This document shows, piece after piece, positions 17,791 through 26,607 of a stretch of 64,000 bases of DNA. This DNA is from Clostridia bacterium (GTDB lineage Bacteria > Bacillota > Clostridia > Oscillospirales > CAG-272). The translations under genes and the position numbers were made by a program. Location: the NCBI GenBank assembly GCA_017533565.1, contig JAFXHU010000026.1, positions 1,949-65,948 of the forward strand, given 5' to 3'. The notes under the pieces are model-generated. The model worked only from the letters and a program-made list of their open reading frames with translations, ran no database searches and was not told where the DNA came from. Position 1 is the stretch's first letter, and every line of letters begins with the position of its first letter.

Positions 17791-19245
17791 ATGAAGCTCA
17801 ATTACAAGAGAACGATTCTCGTCGGCTTTGCCTTCTTTCTTATCAGCGCGTTTTGGCAGGCGTACGATGCTATCGTTCCACTTATCTTGACGAATCACTA
17901 CGGACTTTCACAAACGGTGTCGGGCACGGTAATGTCGCTCGATAACATTCTTGCGGTATTCCTTCTGCCGATTTTCGGTGCTATTTCGGACAAGATTATG
18001 ACGCGTCTCGGAAGAAGAACTCCGTTTATTATAGTCGGCACCGTCGCGGCTGTTATAAGCTTTATTTTCCTCGCGGTTATGGACGCGGCACAGCTTTCCC
18101 GTCTTGCCGACGAAGGAATTATCGACGCCTATAACGCTACGAAGGCGGCACTCGACTCCGCACGCGAGGCGGGTAACGAGGCTCTCGTTGCTCTGCACGA
18201 GGAGGGGCTTGAAAAAATTGCGGAGCGCGTACACGAGATAACCCTCGGCAACCTTTGGCCCGTGGTTGGCTTTATCGGAGTTTTGCTCGTCGTTCTTTTG
18301 TCGATGGCTATTTTCCGTTCGCCCGCGGTTGCTCTTATGCCCGACGTTACCGTAAAGCCCTTGCGCTCAAAGGGTAACGCAATTATCAATCTGATGGGTG
18401 CTGCGGGAGGCATTCTCGTGCTTGCTCTCGGTATCGTTTTCGGCACGTCGAAGAATCTTTATATGAGCTACGTAGGGTACGTTCTCGCCGTCATCGGAAT
18501 TATGGTCGCGGGTCTTGTCGTATTCGTTCTTACCGTAAAGGAAAAGACCTGGGCACAGGAAATGGAGGCGGAGTCCGAAAGACTCGGTATAGAGGAAAGG
18601 ACTGAGTCGGACGGCGGCGAAAAGAAAAAGCTTTCAAGACCCGAGCTTATCTCGCTTATGCTCATTTTGGCGTCGGTTGCTCTTTGGTATATCGGATATA
18701 ACTCCATTACGAGTAAGTATTCGGTATATGCCACGAACATTCTCGGCTTCGATTATAACGCAACGCTCATAGTGGCACAGGCGGCGGCTATCGTTTCCTA
18801 TATTCCCGTCGGTATCGTTTCCTCCAAATTCGGAAGAAGAAAGACTATTCTTGCGGGAGTTGCGATGCTTGCAACCGCATTTTTGCTCGGCTACTTTATC
18901 ACCCCCAACGTTCATCCTCTCGTGATGTACCCCATATTTATGCTTGCGGGCATCGGCTGGGCTACCATTAACGTAAACTCCTTCCCAATGGTTGTGGAGC
19001 TTGCGCGCGGCGGCGACGTCGGAAAATACACGGGCTACTACTATACCGCTTCTATGGCGGCACAGATTATTGCACCCATTCTTTCGGGCGCGCTTTACGA
19101 CCTTCTCGGTATGCGCCACGTATTCTTCATCTTCGGAACGGTATTCGTTGCGCTTTCCTTCGTGACTATGTTCTTCGTAAAGCACGGAGATGCAAAGCCC
19201 GAAAAGCAGGACGCGCTCGAGGCTCTTGCGGGTGCGGAGGATTGA
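17791..19245 (+). CDS. MFS transporter (SLC45/GPH-like, with an inserted cytoplasmic loop)
   Basis: 12-TM pattern and a D-K-x-x-x-RLGRR loop motif. ATG at 17791 follows AAGGAG. Confidence 0.85.
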   Translation: MKLNYKRTILVGFAFFLISAFWQAYDAIVPLILTNHYGLSQTVSGTVMSLDNILAVFLLPIFGAISDKIMTRLGRRTPFIIVGTVAAVISFIFLAVMDAAQLSRLADEGIIDAYNATKAALDSAREAGNEALVALHEEGLEKIAERVHEITLGNLWPVVGFIGVLLVVLLSMAIFRSPAVALMPDVTVKPLRSKGNAIINLMGAAGGILVLALGIVFGTSKNLYMSYVGYVLAVIGIMVAGLVVFVLTVKEKTWAQEMEAESERLGIEERTESDGGEKKKLSRPELISLMLILASVALWYIGYNSITSKYSVYATNILGFDYNATLIVAQAAAIVSYIPVGIVSSKFGRRKTILAGVAMLATAFLLGYFITPNVHPLVMYPIFMLAGIGWATINVNSFPMVVELARGGDVGKYTGYYYTASMAAQIIAPILSGALYDLLGMRHVFFIFGTVFVALSFVTMFFVKHGDAKPEKQDALEALAGAED

Positions 19246-19326
19246 TAAAACAAAGGACGGGATATATTTTAAATACCTCGGCTTGGTTAAAATATATCCG
19301 AATGCTATTTTGAAAACGGAGGCATT

Positions 19327-20172
19327 ATGCACCCCGCTATTCTGATTACTATTATTGTTATCGGCTCGCTTGCCGTGCTTGCAGTCCTTATGCTGCTTTT
19401 ACGGCTGTATATGATAAAGCCGGGCAGGCGTAACGGTGAAATGAAAAAATATGCAAACGTGCGGTATGCACATCGCGGACTTCACGACGGGGGACGGGCG
19501 GAAAACTCGCTCTCGGCATTTTCTGCTGCAAAGGCGCACGGCTACGGCATAGAATTTGATTTACGGCTTTCGGGCGACGGCATTCTCGTCGTCCACCACG
19601 ATGCAACTCTCAACCGCACCTGCGGCATAGAGGGAAGGGTTATCGACAAAACCGCAAGCGAGCTTTCCGCGCTCTCTCTTTCGGGCACGCCCGACGGAGT
19701 CCCCACCTTTCGCGAGCTGCTTTCGCTTATCGACGGCGCGGTGCCGTTGCTCATAGAGCTTAAGCAGGCGGCGGGAGAGTCCGGGGTCGCGGAGGCGTTT
19801 TTGCGGGAGATAGAGGGCTATAACGGCGACTTCATAGTCGAGTCCTTTAACCCAGGAGTGCTTCGCACGGTCAAAAGGGCGCGCCCCGATATACTTATCG
19901 GGATACTGTCGTATAAATATTCAACCGATAAAAGGTATAAGGGAAGGCTTCTCTTTTGGCTGCTTGAAAGGCTTTATCTCAATTTCCTTATGCGCCCCGA
20001 CTTTATATCCTACGAGAAGGACGGCTTTGACGTTAAAAATCTTCGCTATATAAGGAGAAAATTTAACACGCCCCTCCTTGCTTGGACGGTTAAGAGCGCG
20101 GAGGAGGAAAGAAAGGCGTACGGCGACGGCTTTGATACGGTAATATTCGAGGGATATATTCCCGAGGAATAA
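19327..20172 (+). CDS. Glycerophosphodiester phosphodiesterase family protein (membrane anchored)
   Basis: GDPD motifs AHRG...ENS...G..IEFDLRLS.DG..VVHHD after an N-terminal TM helix. Confidence 0.85.
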   Translation: MHPAILITIIVIGSLAVLAVLMLLLRLYMIKPGRRNGEMKKYANVRYAHRGLHDGGRAENSLSAFSAAKAHGYGIEFDLRLSGDGILVVHHDATLNRTCGIEGRVIDKTASELSALSLSGTPDGVPTFRELLSLIDGAVPLLIELKQAAGESGVAEAFLREIEGYNGDFIVESFNPGVLRTVKRARPDILIGILSYKYSTDKRYKGRLLFWLLERLYLNFLMRPDFISYEKDGFDVKNLRYIRRKFNTPLLAWTVKSAEEERKAYGDGFDTVIFEGYIPEE

Positions 20173-20311
20173 TGTAAACGATTATTTGCAAAAAGAAAAC
20201 TGAAGCTGCGGGCGCGCCATCGGCGCGCCTCGCTTATGAAATGCGCCGAGCGTATTTTTACGGTGCGCCGACACAAACGAAGCAAAACCGCTTTCGGCGG
20301 TAGGAGAGAAT

Positions 20312-21439
20312 ATGAAATTACAGCTTGTTGCTACCTGTCTTTTCGGGCTTGAGCATCTGCTCGGAGAGGAGATAGACGCCCTCGGCTACGAGAGAATTTC
20401 CACTATAAACGGACGTGTCACCTTCCTTGGCGACGAGGAGGCGGTGGCTCTTTCCAACGTCTTTTTAAGATACGCGGAGAGGATTTATATAAAGGTCGGC
20501 TCGTTCAAGGCGGAAAGCTTTGACGCTCTTTTCGAGGGCACGCGCGCGCTCAACTGGGCGGATTTTATCGGGCGAAGCGACGCCTTTCCCGTCACGGGTC
20601 ATTCGATTCACTCCGCGCTTCATTCTATCCCCGATTGCCAGGCTATTATAAAAAAGGCGATAGTGCGCTCTATGTCCGAAAGGTACGGAATTTCGGTTTT
20701 CCCCGAGGAGGGAATTAAATACCGAGTGGAGTTTTTCATTCTTAACGACGAGGCTACGCTTATGATAGACACCTCGGGAGAGCCGCTTCACAAGCGCGGC
20801 TACCGCAAGGAGTCAAACGCCGCACCGATACGCGAAACGCTTGCCGCGGCTATCGTCGCAACCTCCCGCCCGCGTGAGGAGGTGCTGCTCTGGGACCCAA
20901 TGTGCGGAAGCGGCACGATAGCGATAGAGGCTGCAATGCGTATGAGGAATATCGCACCCGGTATGCGCCGTCGTTTTGCCGCGGAGGCATATCCCTACAT
21001 CCCCGAGCGCGTATGGAAAAACGCGAAGGAGGAGGCACTCGAGGGCATCGTGCAGTCAAGCTTTGAGGCTTTTGCCTCGGATATCGACGGGGAATGCCTT
21101 CGTATTACGAAGGAAAACGCCTATCGCGCGGGCGTGCTTAACTCAATAAAGATTTTTAGGCAGGACGCAAGGAAAATCGGCGCACAGGGACGGCGCGGCA
21201 CTATCGTAACTAATCCGCCCTACGGCGAAAGACTCGGCGAAAGGTCGGAGGTGGAGGCTCTTTACCGCGAGCTTGGCAGACATTTTAAGACGCTTGAGCC
21301 GTGGCAGGCGTACATCATAACCAGCCACCCCGAGTTTGAAAAATTCTACGGCAGACGCGCGGATAAGGTCAAAAAGCTCTATAACGGAATGATACCCTGT
21401 TATCTTTATCAATTTTTCAAAAATCCGAATAAAAAATAG
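20312..21439 (+). CDS. THUMP-domain class I SAM-dependent RNA methyltransferase (UPF0020/YpsC-like)
   Basis: 375 aa. DPMCGSGT SAM motif and NPPYGERLG catalytic motif. Confidence 0.85.
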   Translation: MKLQLVATCLFGLEHLLGEEIDALGYERISTINGRVTFLGDEEAVALSNVFLRYAERIYIKVGSFKAESFDALFEGTRALNWADFIGRSDAFPVTGHSIHSALHSIPDCQAIIKKAIVRSMSERYGISVFPEEGIKYRVEFFILNDEATLMIDTSGEPLHKRGYRKESNAAPIRETLAAAIVATSRPREEVLLWDPMCGSGTIAIEAAMRMRNIAPGMRRRFAAEAYPYIPERVWKNAKEEALEGIVQSSFEAFASDIDGECLRITKENAYRAGVLNSIKIFRQDARKIGAQGRRGTIVTNPPYGERLGERSEVEALYRELGRHFKTLEPWQAYIITSHPEFEKFYGRRADKVKKLYNGMIPCYLYQFFKNPNKK

Positions 21440-21520
21440 CTCGTTTGATTAAAATTTCCATTACAAAGTATTTGTGCCGCCGTGTTTTTTGCGAAAAGAC
21501 GGAGGTATAGGTTATAATAC

Positions 21521-21549
21521 TTGACTTTATTCTCGTACTGTGTTATAAT
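21521..21549 (+). promoter_or_regulatory. Sigma-A promoter of mntP
   Basis: TTGACT, 17-bp spacer, TATAAT. Confidence 0.6.
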
Positions 21550-21619
21550 GACCCACGGCGCTTTACGCTCGCGCGGGCGAAAATATTGTACGCTTTTACG
21601 TAATTAAAGGGTTAAATTT

Positions 21620-22201
21620 ATGCAATTATACGTGCTTATCGTTTTGGCGGTGGGGCTTGCGGGAGATGCCTGCGCCGCGGCAATATGCAAGGGGCTTGCC
21701 ACCCCGAAATTACGGCTGAAGCATATGCTTATCACGGGGCTTTGGTTCGGAGGGTTTCAGGCAGTGATGCCCGTTATCGGCTACATACCCGTAAAGCTTC
21801 TCGGCCCTGCAATGGAGAAATATATTACGAATATAGACCACTGGGTTGCCTTTTCGGTGCTTGCCTTTCTCGGCGTGAAAATGATTTACGAGGCGATAAC
21901 GGGAGGGGAGGAGGAATGCGTTGACTGCTCCTTTGCTCCGCGTGCGATGGTGGTTATGGCTGTCGCGACAAGCATTGACGCTCTCGCCGTTGGCGTAACC
22001 TTCGCGCTTACCGATGCGAATATATTCGTTGCCGCCCTTCTTATCGGTGTTATAACCTTCGTCCTTTCGGCACTCGGCGTGAAAATCGGTAACGTTTTCG
22101 GCGTAAAATATAAAAAATACGCGGAGCTTGCGGGCGGTGCGGTGCTTGTGCTTATCGGATTAAAAATTTTGCTTGAGCATCTCGGAGTAATCGCTTTTTA
22201 A
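21620..22201 (+). CDS. mntP: Manganese efflux pump MntP
   Basis: 193 aa, six TM segments. Duplicated DA-motif halves (GDACAAAI...; SIDALAVGVTF). Confidence 0.85.
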   Translation: MQLYVLIVLAVGLAGDACAAAICKGLATPKLRLKHMLITGLWFGGFQAVMPVIGYIPVKLLGPAMEKYITNIDHWVAFSVLAFLGVKMIYEAITGGEEECVDCSFAPRAMVVMAVATSIDALAVGVTFALTDANIFVAALLIGVITFVLSALGVKIGNVFGVKYKKYAELAGGAVLVLIGLKILLEHLGVIAF

Positions 22202-22337
22202 AATAAAACGGCAAAAATGCAAATAAAAGTTGTCACTTTTAGAAAAATTAACAGATTTTAGAGTTTATTTTTAATATAGGTATTGCAAAAGATTTTATTT
22301 TAGTGTAAAATAAGTAGGAAATAAAAAGAAAGGTAAC

Positions 22338-22772
22338 GTGGTATTCAACGTGAGCAAAAGACTTAACGAAAGATTTCTCAAAAGCTTTCTTGAGCTTGAT
22401 CGGCTTTGCTGTGAAAAATTTGGCGTGGCAACCGGCGGCGTAACCGAATATATTAACAGACTTAATAACGCGCGCTTTGCTCCCGACAGGGATATCGTTT
22501 TGCCGCGTCTTGTAAAATACAGAAACATTCGCAATCTTTTCGCGCACGAGCCGGGCGCAATCCGCAAAAGCGAGGAGGTTACGAAGGAGGACGTTAACTG
22601 GCTTTTCCGCTTCCGCCTCGATATGCAAAAAAAGCGCGACCCTATAAGCAAGTATTTGAGGAAGGCGCGCCGCTTTGCAAGAGCAAGAAAAATCAAGCGT
22701 GCGCTCTTTATAACTCTTATCGCGCTTCTCGTCGTTGCGATAACCGTTATCGTTTTGTGGATTGTATTTTGA
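22338..22772 (+). CDS. Hypothetical C-tail-anchored membrane protein with a HEPN-like RNxxxH motif
   Basis: 144 aa. KYRNIRNLFAHEPG contains R-N-x-x-x-H. Basic stretch followed by one C-terminal TM helix. Own promoter TTGCAA-17-TAAAAT at 22283-22311. Confidence 0.5.
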   Translation: MVFNVSKRLNERFLKSFLELDRLCCEKFGVATGGVTEYINRLNNARFAPDRDIVLPRLVKYRNIRNLFAHEPGAIRKSEEVTKEDVNWLFRFRLDMQKKRDPISKYLRKARRFARARKIKRALFITLIALLVVAITVIVLWIVF

Positions 22773-22790
22773 TTTGACCCTTATGAAAAT

Positions 22791-23570
22791 ATGAGATGTA
22801 ATTATCACAATCACACCTACCGTTGCGGCCACGCGAGCGGCACGGAGGAGGAATATATAAAAAAAGCGATAGCCGAGGGTATTACTACCGTCGGCTTTTC
22901 TGACCACACACCGTATTTTTTCCCAAACGGCTACCTTTCCTACTGCCGTATGGAGCCGCACGAAATCGGCGGTTATTTTGACACGCTCCTTCGCCTTCGC
23001 GAAAAATACTGCGGCTATGCGGATTTAAAAATCGGTTTTGAGGCGGAGTATTATCAAGGCTATTTCCCAAGGCTTCTTCAGGAATACAGAAAATATCCGC
23101 TCGATTATCTTATTTGGGCGGGGCATTATATCGGGCACGAAGGGGCGGAGGATTGCTTCTGTGCCTTTGATTCCACAACGGAAATGTCAAAAATGCGTGC
23201 CTACGTCAATAATGCGATTGCGGCAATGAATACGGGACGCTTCTCAATTCTCGCGCATCCCGATATGGTTAACTTCGTCGGGGACAGGGATTTTTACCGA
23301 CAGGAGTCCGCCCGTCTTATAAGAGAGGCAAAGCGGCAGGGTATTCCCCTTGAAATAAATCTCAACGGTATTCGCGACAAAAGGTACTACCCGTGTGACG
23401 ATTTTTGGCGTGTTGCCGGCTCTCTCGGCGCTTCGGCGGTTATCGGCTTCGACGCGCACCAGGTGGCACACGTTGCAGACCGTGCGGAAATTATAGCGGG
23501 TCTGCGCTACGCGGATAAATTCGGCGTGGAGCTTGTCGATGAGGTAAGGCTTCGCGACCCGAAAATTTAA
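22791..23570 (+). CDS. Histidinol-phosphatase HisJ family (PHP domain)
   Basis: N-terminal NYHNHTYRCGHA metal-binding motif. 259 aa. Confidence 0.8.
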   Translation: MRCNYHNHTYRCGHASGTEEEYIKKAIAEGITTVGFSDHTPYFFPNGYLSYCRMEPHEIGGYFDTLLRLREKYCGYADLKIGFEAEYYQGYFPRLLQEYRKYPLDYLIWAGHYIGHEGAEDCFCAFDSTTEMSKMRAYVNNAIAAMNTGRFSILAHPDMVNFVGDRDFYRQESARLIREAKRQGIPLEINLNGIRDKRYYPCDDFWRVAGSLGASAVIGFDAHQVAHVADRAEIIAGLRYADKFGVELVDEVRLRDPKI

Positions 23571-23619
23571 AAATTGCATTTTGCTATGTGCCCGCGACTC
23601 GTCGGGGCTTGAAAATTGA

Positions 23620-23835
23620 ACATTACTCTGCGCAAGGGGCGAAAGCCTTCAAGCGGGGAAAGTGCGGTGAAAATCCGTCGCAACAGCCATTGCCGTTAAA
23701 GTCGGAAGGCCCGTCGCAGAGAGTGTATATATTCCTTGGGCAAACGGAGGAAGAAGATACGGGCGGCGCTTTGCCTTTGGCTTTTGCCGCTTCAATTCCC
23801 GAATGCCCTCTTTATGCAAAGGGGGCTTTTTGTTT
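23620..23835 (+). promoter_or_regulatory. Cobalamin-riboswitch-like leader with terminator
   Basis: GGGGAAAGTGCGGTGAAAATCCG core (23654-23678). GCCATTG...CGGAAGGC resembles the GCCACTG...GGGAAGGC pairing. Terminator GCCCTCTTT/AAAGGGGGC plus a T-run at 23805-23831. Confidence 0.5.
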
Positions 23836-23870
23836 GTCCGGATGCTGTTAAAAAAAGAAAGGAGAAAAAA

Positions 23871-24365
23871 ATGAAAACAGCAACGACCGGACGGAGAAGA
23901 ATTTTTGGCGTTATAGCTTCTCTGTTGATTCTCGTATTAACGCTTTCGGCACTTATCGGCTGCCAAAACAAGGGAGGCGACGTTGCCGACTCCGGCACTG
24001 CTACCGTGGTTGTAGCGGTGGGAGAGGACGTGCGCTCCTATGAAATTCCGCTCGACAAGCTTGACGGTGAAAAGGGGGCAATCGTCCTTCTCGATTACCT
24101 GAAGGAGGAGGGAAAGCTCGACTACACCGCCGTCGATAGCGGATACGGACCTTATCTTACCAAGGTCGGACATCTTGAAGAAAAGGCGAGCGAGAACATT
24201 TACGTCGGCATCTGGACGAGTGTGGAGTCGGACGTTGACCGCGAGAGCATCTATTCTACCACGGTGGAGTACAACGGCGTGGAGCTTTGCTCCTCAAACG
24301 TCGGAATGGGAGAGCTTAACGTTCCGGACGGAGCGATTATTTATTTCGGCGAAATAAAGTACTAA
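23871..24365 (+). CDS. DUF4430 (transcobalamin-like) lipoprotein
   Basis: Signal peptide with lipobox LIGC. GGAGAAAAAA RBS. Sits next to a small S-component-like membrane protein. Confidence 0.6.
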   Translation: MKTATTGRRRIFGVIASLLILVLTLSALIGCQNKGGDVADSGTATVVVAVGEDVRSYEIPLDKLDGEKGAIVLLDYLKEEGKLDYTAVDSGYGPYLTKVGHLEEKASENIYVGIWTSVESDVDRESIYSTTVEYNGVELCSSNVGMGELNVPDGAIIYFGEIKY

Positions 24366-24385
24366 AGTCTTTATAAAAATCGGAG

Positions 24386-24928
24386 GTGAACGGGGTGGAA
24401 AAAAGAAATAATTCCTTCGTACGCGCCGTTTGCCGAATAGGGCTTATGGCGGCGGCGATAGAGTGTGCAAAGCTCGTGCTTGCGAGCCTTCCCAACATAG
24501 AGGTCGTGACCCTTTTTATCGCGGTGTTTTCCTTTGTTTTCGGCTGGGAGGGGCTTGTCGCAACTGTTATTTTCGTGGCGATAGAGCCGCTTATTTGGGG
24601 CTTTGGCACCTGGCTGATTTCCTACCTAATCTATTGGCCGCTCGTTGCGGTTGTATTTTGGCTTCTCGGGCGGTTGACGTTTAGGCGTGTCCTCGTAAAG
24701 GCTGCCGTCGCGACGGCATTGGCGGTTTTGCTTACCGTATTTTTCGGAGTTTTAACCTCGCTTGTCGATATTGGACTTTTTAGCGGAAGGTTCGATAATT
24801 TTTTCGCCCGATTTGCCGTTTATTACGCACGGGGTGCGGTGTTTTACCTTTTGCAAATCGGAACAAACGCCGTAGTCTTTCCGATTTTGTTTCACCCGAT
24901 GACAACAAAGCTTTACAAATTGAAATAA
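24386..24928 (+). CDS. ECF-transporter S-component-like membrane protein
   Basis: About 180 aa with 5-6 TM helices. Translationally close to the DUF4430 gene. The GTG at 24395 is an alternative start. Confidence 0.45.
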   Translation: MNGVEKRNNSFVRAVCRIGLMAAAIECAKLVLASLPNIEVVTLFIAVFSFVFGWEGLVATVIFVAIEPLIWGFGTWLISYLIYWPLVAVVFWLLGRLTFRRVLVKAAVATALAVLLTVFFGVLTSLVDIGLFSGRFDNFFARFAVYYARGAVFYLLQIGTNAVVFPILFHPMTTKLYKLK

Positions 24929-24932
24929 TCCC

Positions 24933-24966
24933 CGCCCCGTCGCATTTGCGTCGGGGCGTTTCTTTG
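24933..24966 (+). terminator. Intrinsic terminator
   Basis: CCCCG(T)CGC-ATTT-GCG(T)CGGGG stem followed by CGTTTCTTT. Confidence 0.5.
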
Positions 24967-25006
24967 CGTGGGAAAAAACGGTTTTTTTGCCGTTAACAAA
25001 ATGCAC

Positions 25007-25035
25007 TTGATTTATTGCTCCATCACGTGTATAAT
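25007..25035 (+). promoter_or_regulatory. Sigma-A promoter of the alarmone synthetase gene
   Basis: TTGATT, 17-bp spacer, TATAAT. Confidence 0.6.
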
Positions 25036-25066
25036 ACTGTTAAAGGATATTTTTCGGAGGATAAAA

Positions 25067-25723
25067 ATGAGAACTCTTACGACGGAGGAGAAGGAGGGCG
25101 TTTTAAAGGAAATCGCACCGCATGCCGAGCAGTATATGCGGACGATGTCCTACTTTCGCTGTGCAATGATGGAGGTTGAAACGAAATTCCGCGTTATCAG
25201 CGAGGATTTTAGCTACCGCCACGACAGAAACCCTATTGAAACGGTCAAATCGCGCCTTAAATCACCCGAGAGCATAAGGCGAAAGCTTATCAAAAAGAAC
25301 GGGGAGTTTACCGTTGAAAATATAGAGAAAAGCATTTTTGACGTTGCGGGAGTGCGAGTGATTTGCAGCTTCCTTGACGACGTATATTCGCTTGCGGAAA
25401 GCTTCCTTGGGCAGGATGACGTAAGGCTCATAGAGATAAAGGACTACATAAAAAATCCAAAGCCAAACGGCTACCGAAGCCTGCATCTTATCATAGAGAT
25501 ACCGATTTTCCTTTTTGACGAGAAAAGGCATATGAAGGTTGAAATACAAATGCGTACAATTGCGATGGATTTTTGGGCGAGCCTTGACCATCATATGCGC
25601 TACAAAAAGGACGGCGCGGTTATTACCGACAAAACCCGCGAGGAGCTTTTGCGCTGCGCAACCCTTTCCGCGGAGCTTGACGGCAGTATGAACGAGCTTC
25701 GCCACGAGATTCTCGGAGAGTAG
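25067..25723 (+). CDS. Small alarmone synthetase (RelQ/RelP-type GTP pyrophosphokinase)
   Basis: About 218 aa. RelA_SpoT synthetase motifs (DVAGVRVIC..., GYRSLHLI, EIQMRTIAMDFWASLDH). ATG at 25067 follows GGAGG. Confidence 0.85.
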   Translation: MRTLTTEEKEGVLKEIAPHAEQYMRTMSYFRCAMMEVETKFRVISEDFSYRHDRNPIETVKSRLKSPESIRRKLIKKNGEFTVENIEKSIFDVAGVRVICSFLDDVYSLAESFLGQDDVRLIEIKDYIKNPKPNGYRSLHLIIEIPIFLFDEKRHMKVEIQMRTIAMDFWASLDHHMRYKKDGAVITDKTREELLRCATLSAELDGSMNELRHEILGE

Positions 25724-26081
25724 AGGAATATGAAAACGACCCCACGGGGTAGTTTTAACAAATTAAAAGCTTAATTAAGGAGCTATTTGCTCCCGCGCCC
25801 GTCGAGGTCGCGGGAGCAAAACCCGGATTTTCGCCGCCGTAGGGGCGCGGTATTCCTTTGCTCGGCTGCGTCGGGGTGGGGGCGTGCGGTTTTAAGGCTT
25901 GTGCGGTGTGGCGAATTTTGCGAACCGGTTTTGTCCGTTTTGGGCGAAGGGAGAGCTTGCGATATTCTAAAGGCTTTAGGTGTGATGAGTGCTGGGTGCG
26001 GTTTTTGCGGACAAAACGCGTTCCTCGGCAGAGTAGCAGCTCCCGACACCCGAGGTGCGGATTGAGGATTGGCCGGATATG

Positions 26082-26110
26082 AAAAAAGACCCCGAATGGG
26101 GTCGTTTTTT
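26082..26110. terminator. Bidirectional hairpin terminator
   Basis: A6-GACCCC-GAAT-GGGGTC-G-T6. Confidence 0.7.
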
Positions 26111-26116
26111 CATATA

Positions 26117-26147
26117 AAACCAAAGCCCCGAAGCCGTAGCTTCGGGG
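26117..26147 (-). terminator. Hairpin immediately downstream of tRNA-Thr
   Basis: CCCCGAAGC-TACG-GCTTCGGGG stem followed by CTTTGGTTTT on the - strand. Confidence 0.55.
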
Positions 26148-26152
26148 GTGTC

Positions 26153-26228
26153 TGGAGCTGCTACCCGGATTCGGACCGGGGACCTCATCCTTACCAAGGA
26201 TGTGCTCTACCAACTGAGCCATAGCAGC
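26153..26228 (-). tRNA. tRNA-Thr (anticodon GGU), CCA encoded
   Basis: The reverse complement GCTGCTATGGCTCAGTTGGTAGAGCACATCCTTGGTAAGGATGAGGTCCCCGGTCCGAATCCGGGTAGCAGCTCCA folds as a 76-nt cloverleaf: 7-bp acceptor stem, anticodon loop TTGGTAA. Confidence 0.95.
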
Positions 26229-26261
26229 ATATCAAAAGGATATTTCCTCGTGACGCATGAT

Positions 26262-26290
26262 ATTATACCAAAACTTTTTCCATTTGTCAA
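26262..26290 (-). promoter_or_regulatory. Consensus sigma-A promoter of tRNA-Thr
   Basis: On the - strand: TTGACA, 17-bp spacer, TATAAT. The -10 box ends about 33 nt upstream of the mature 5' end. Confidence 0.7.
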
Positions 26291-26607
26291 TAGGTTTTTG
26301 AAAATATTTTCATAATGGAGAAAATATCCGATATTTGACCGTTTTTGGGGTTAAAGGCCGCCGCCCTTGCCGCGGGGAACGCGTTTCTTTGCGGCTTTTT
26401 TCGTTTTGTGCCGATTGCGTTTTTGAGTTTTTCGGCTTTTGCGTATTTTCGGATTTTCGTTTTGTTCTGCTTGCGTTTGCGTTAAGCCCTTACGACGCGA
26501 GTAAGACAAAAGGGTGTTTGCGTGCTTTGCCAAGCGCCGCTTTCGCTAAACGCTTACCCCGCGCACAAGGTCAAACGGTTGATGTTCTATACCAAGCTCC
26601 GTTTTCG

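Noticed and set aside
20190-20240. GGGCGCGCC-ATC-GGCGCGCC hairpin after the GDPD gene as a terminator
   Set aside because: It is a GC palindrome with no T-run, so I cannot support it as an intrinsic terminator.
21550-21619. yybP-ykoY manganese riboswitch upstream of mntP
   Set aside because: It was expected from context, but the 70-nt leader lacks the conserved GGGGAGTAG / GAGACC-type elements and is too short.
25755-26222. 155-aa - strand ORF (MAQLVEHILGKDEVPGPNPGSS...), plus nested ORFs at 25783-26197
   Set aside because: Its N-terminus is simply the translated tRNA-Thr gene. The rest is Arg/Pro/Gly-rich GC shadow with no RBS.
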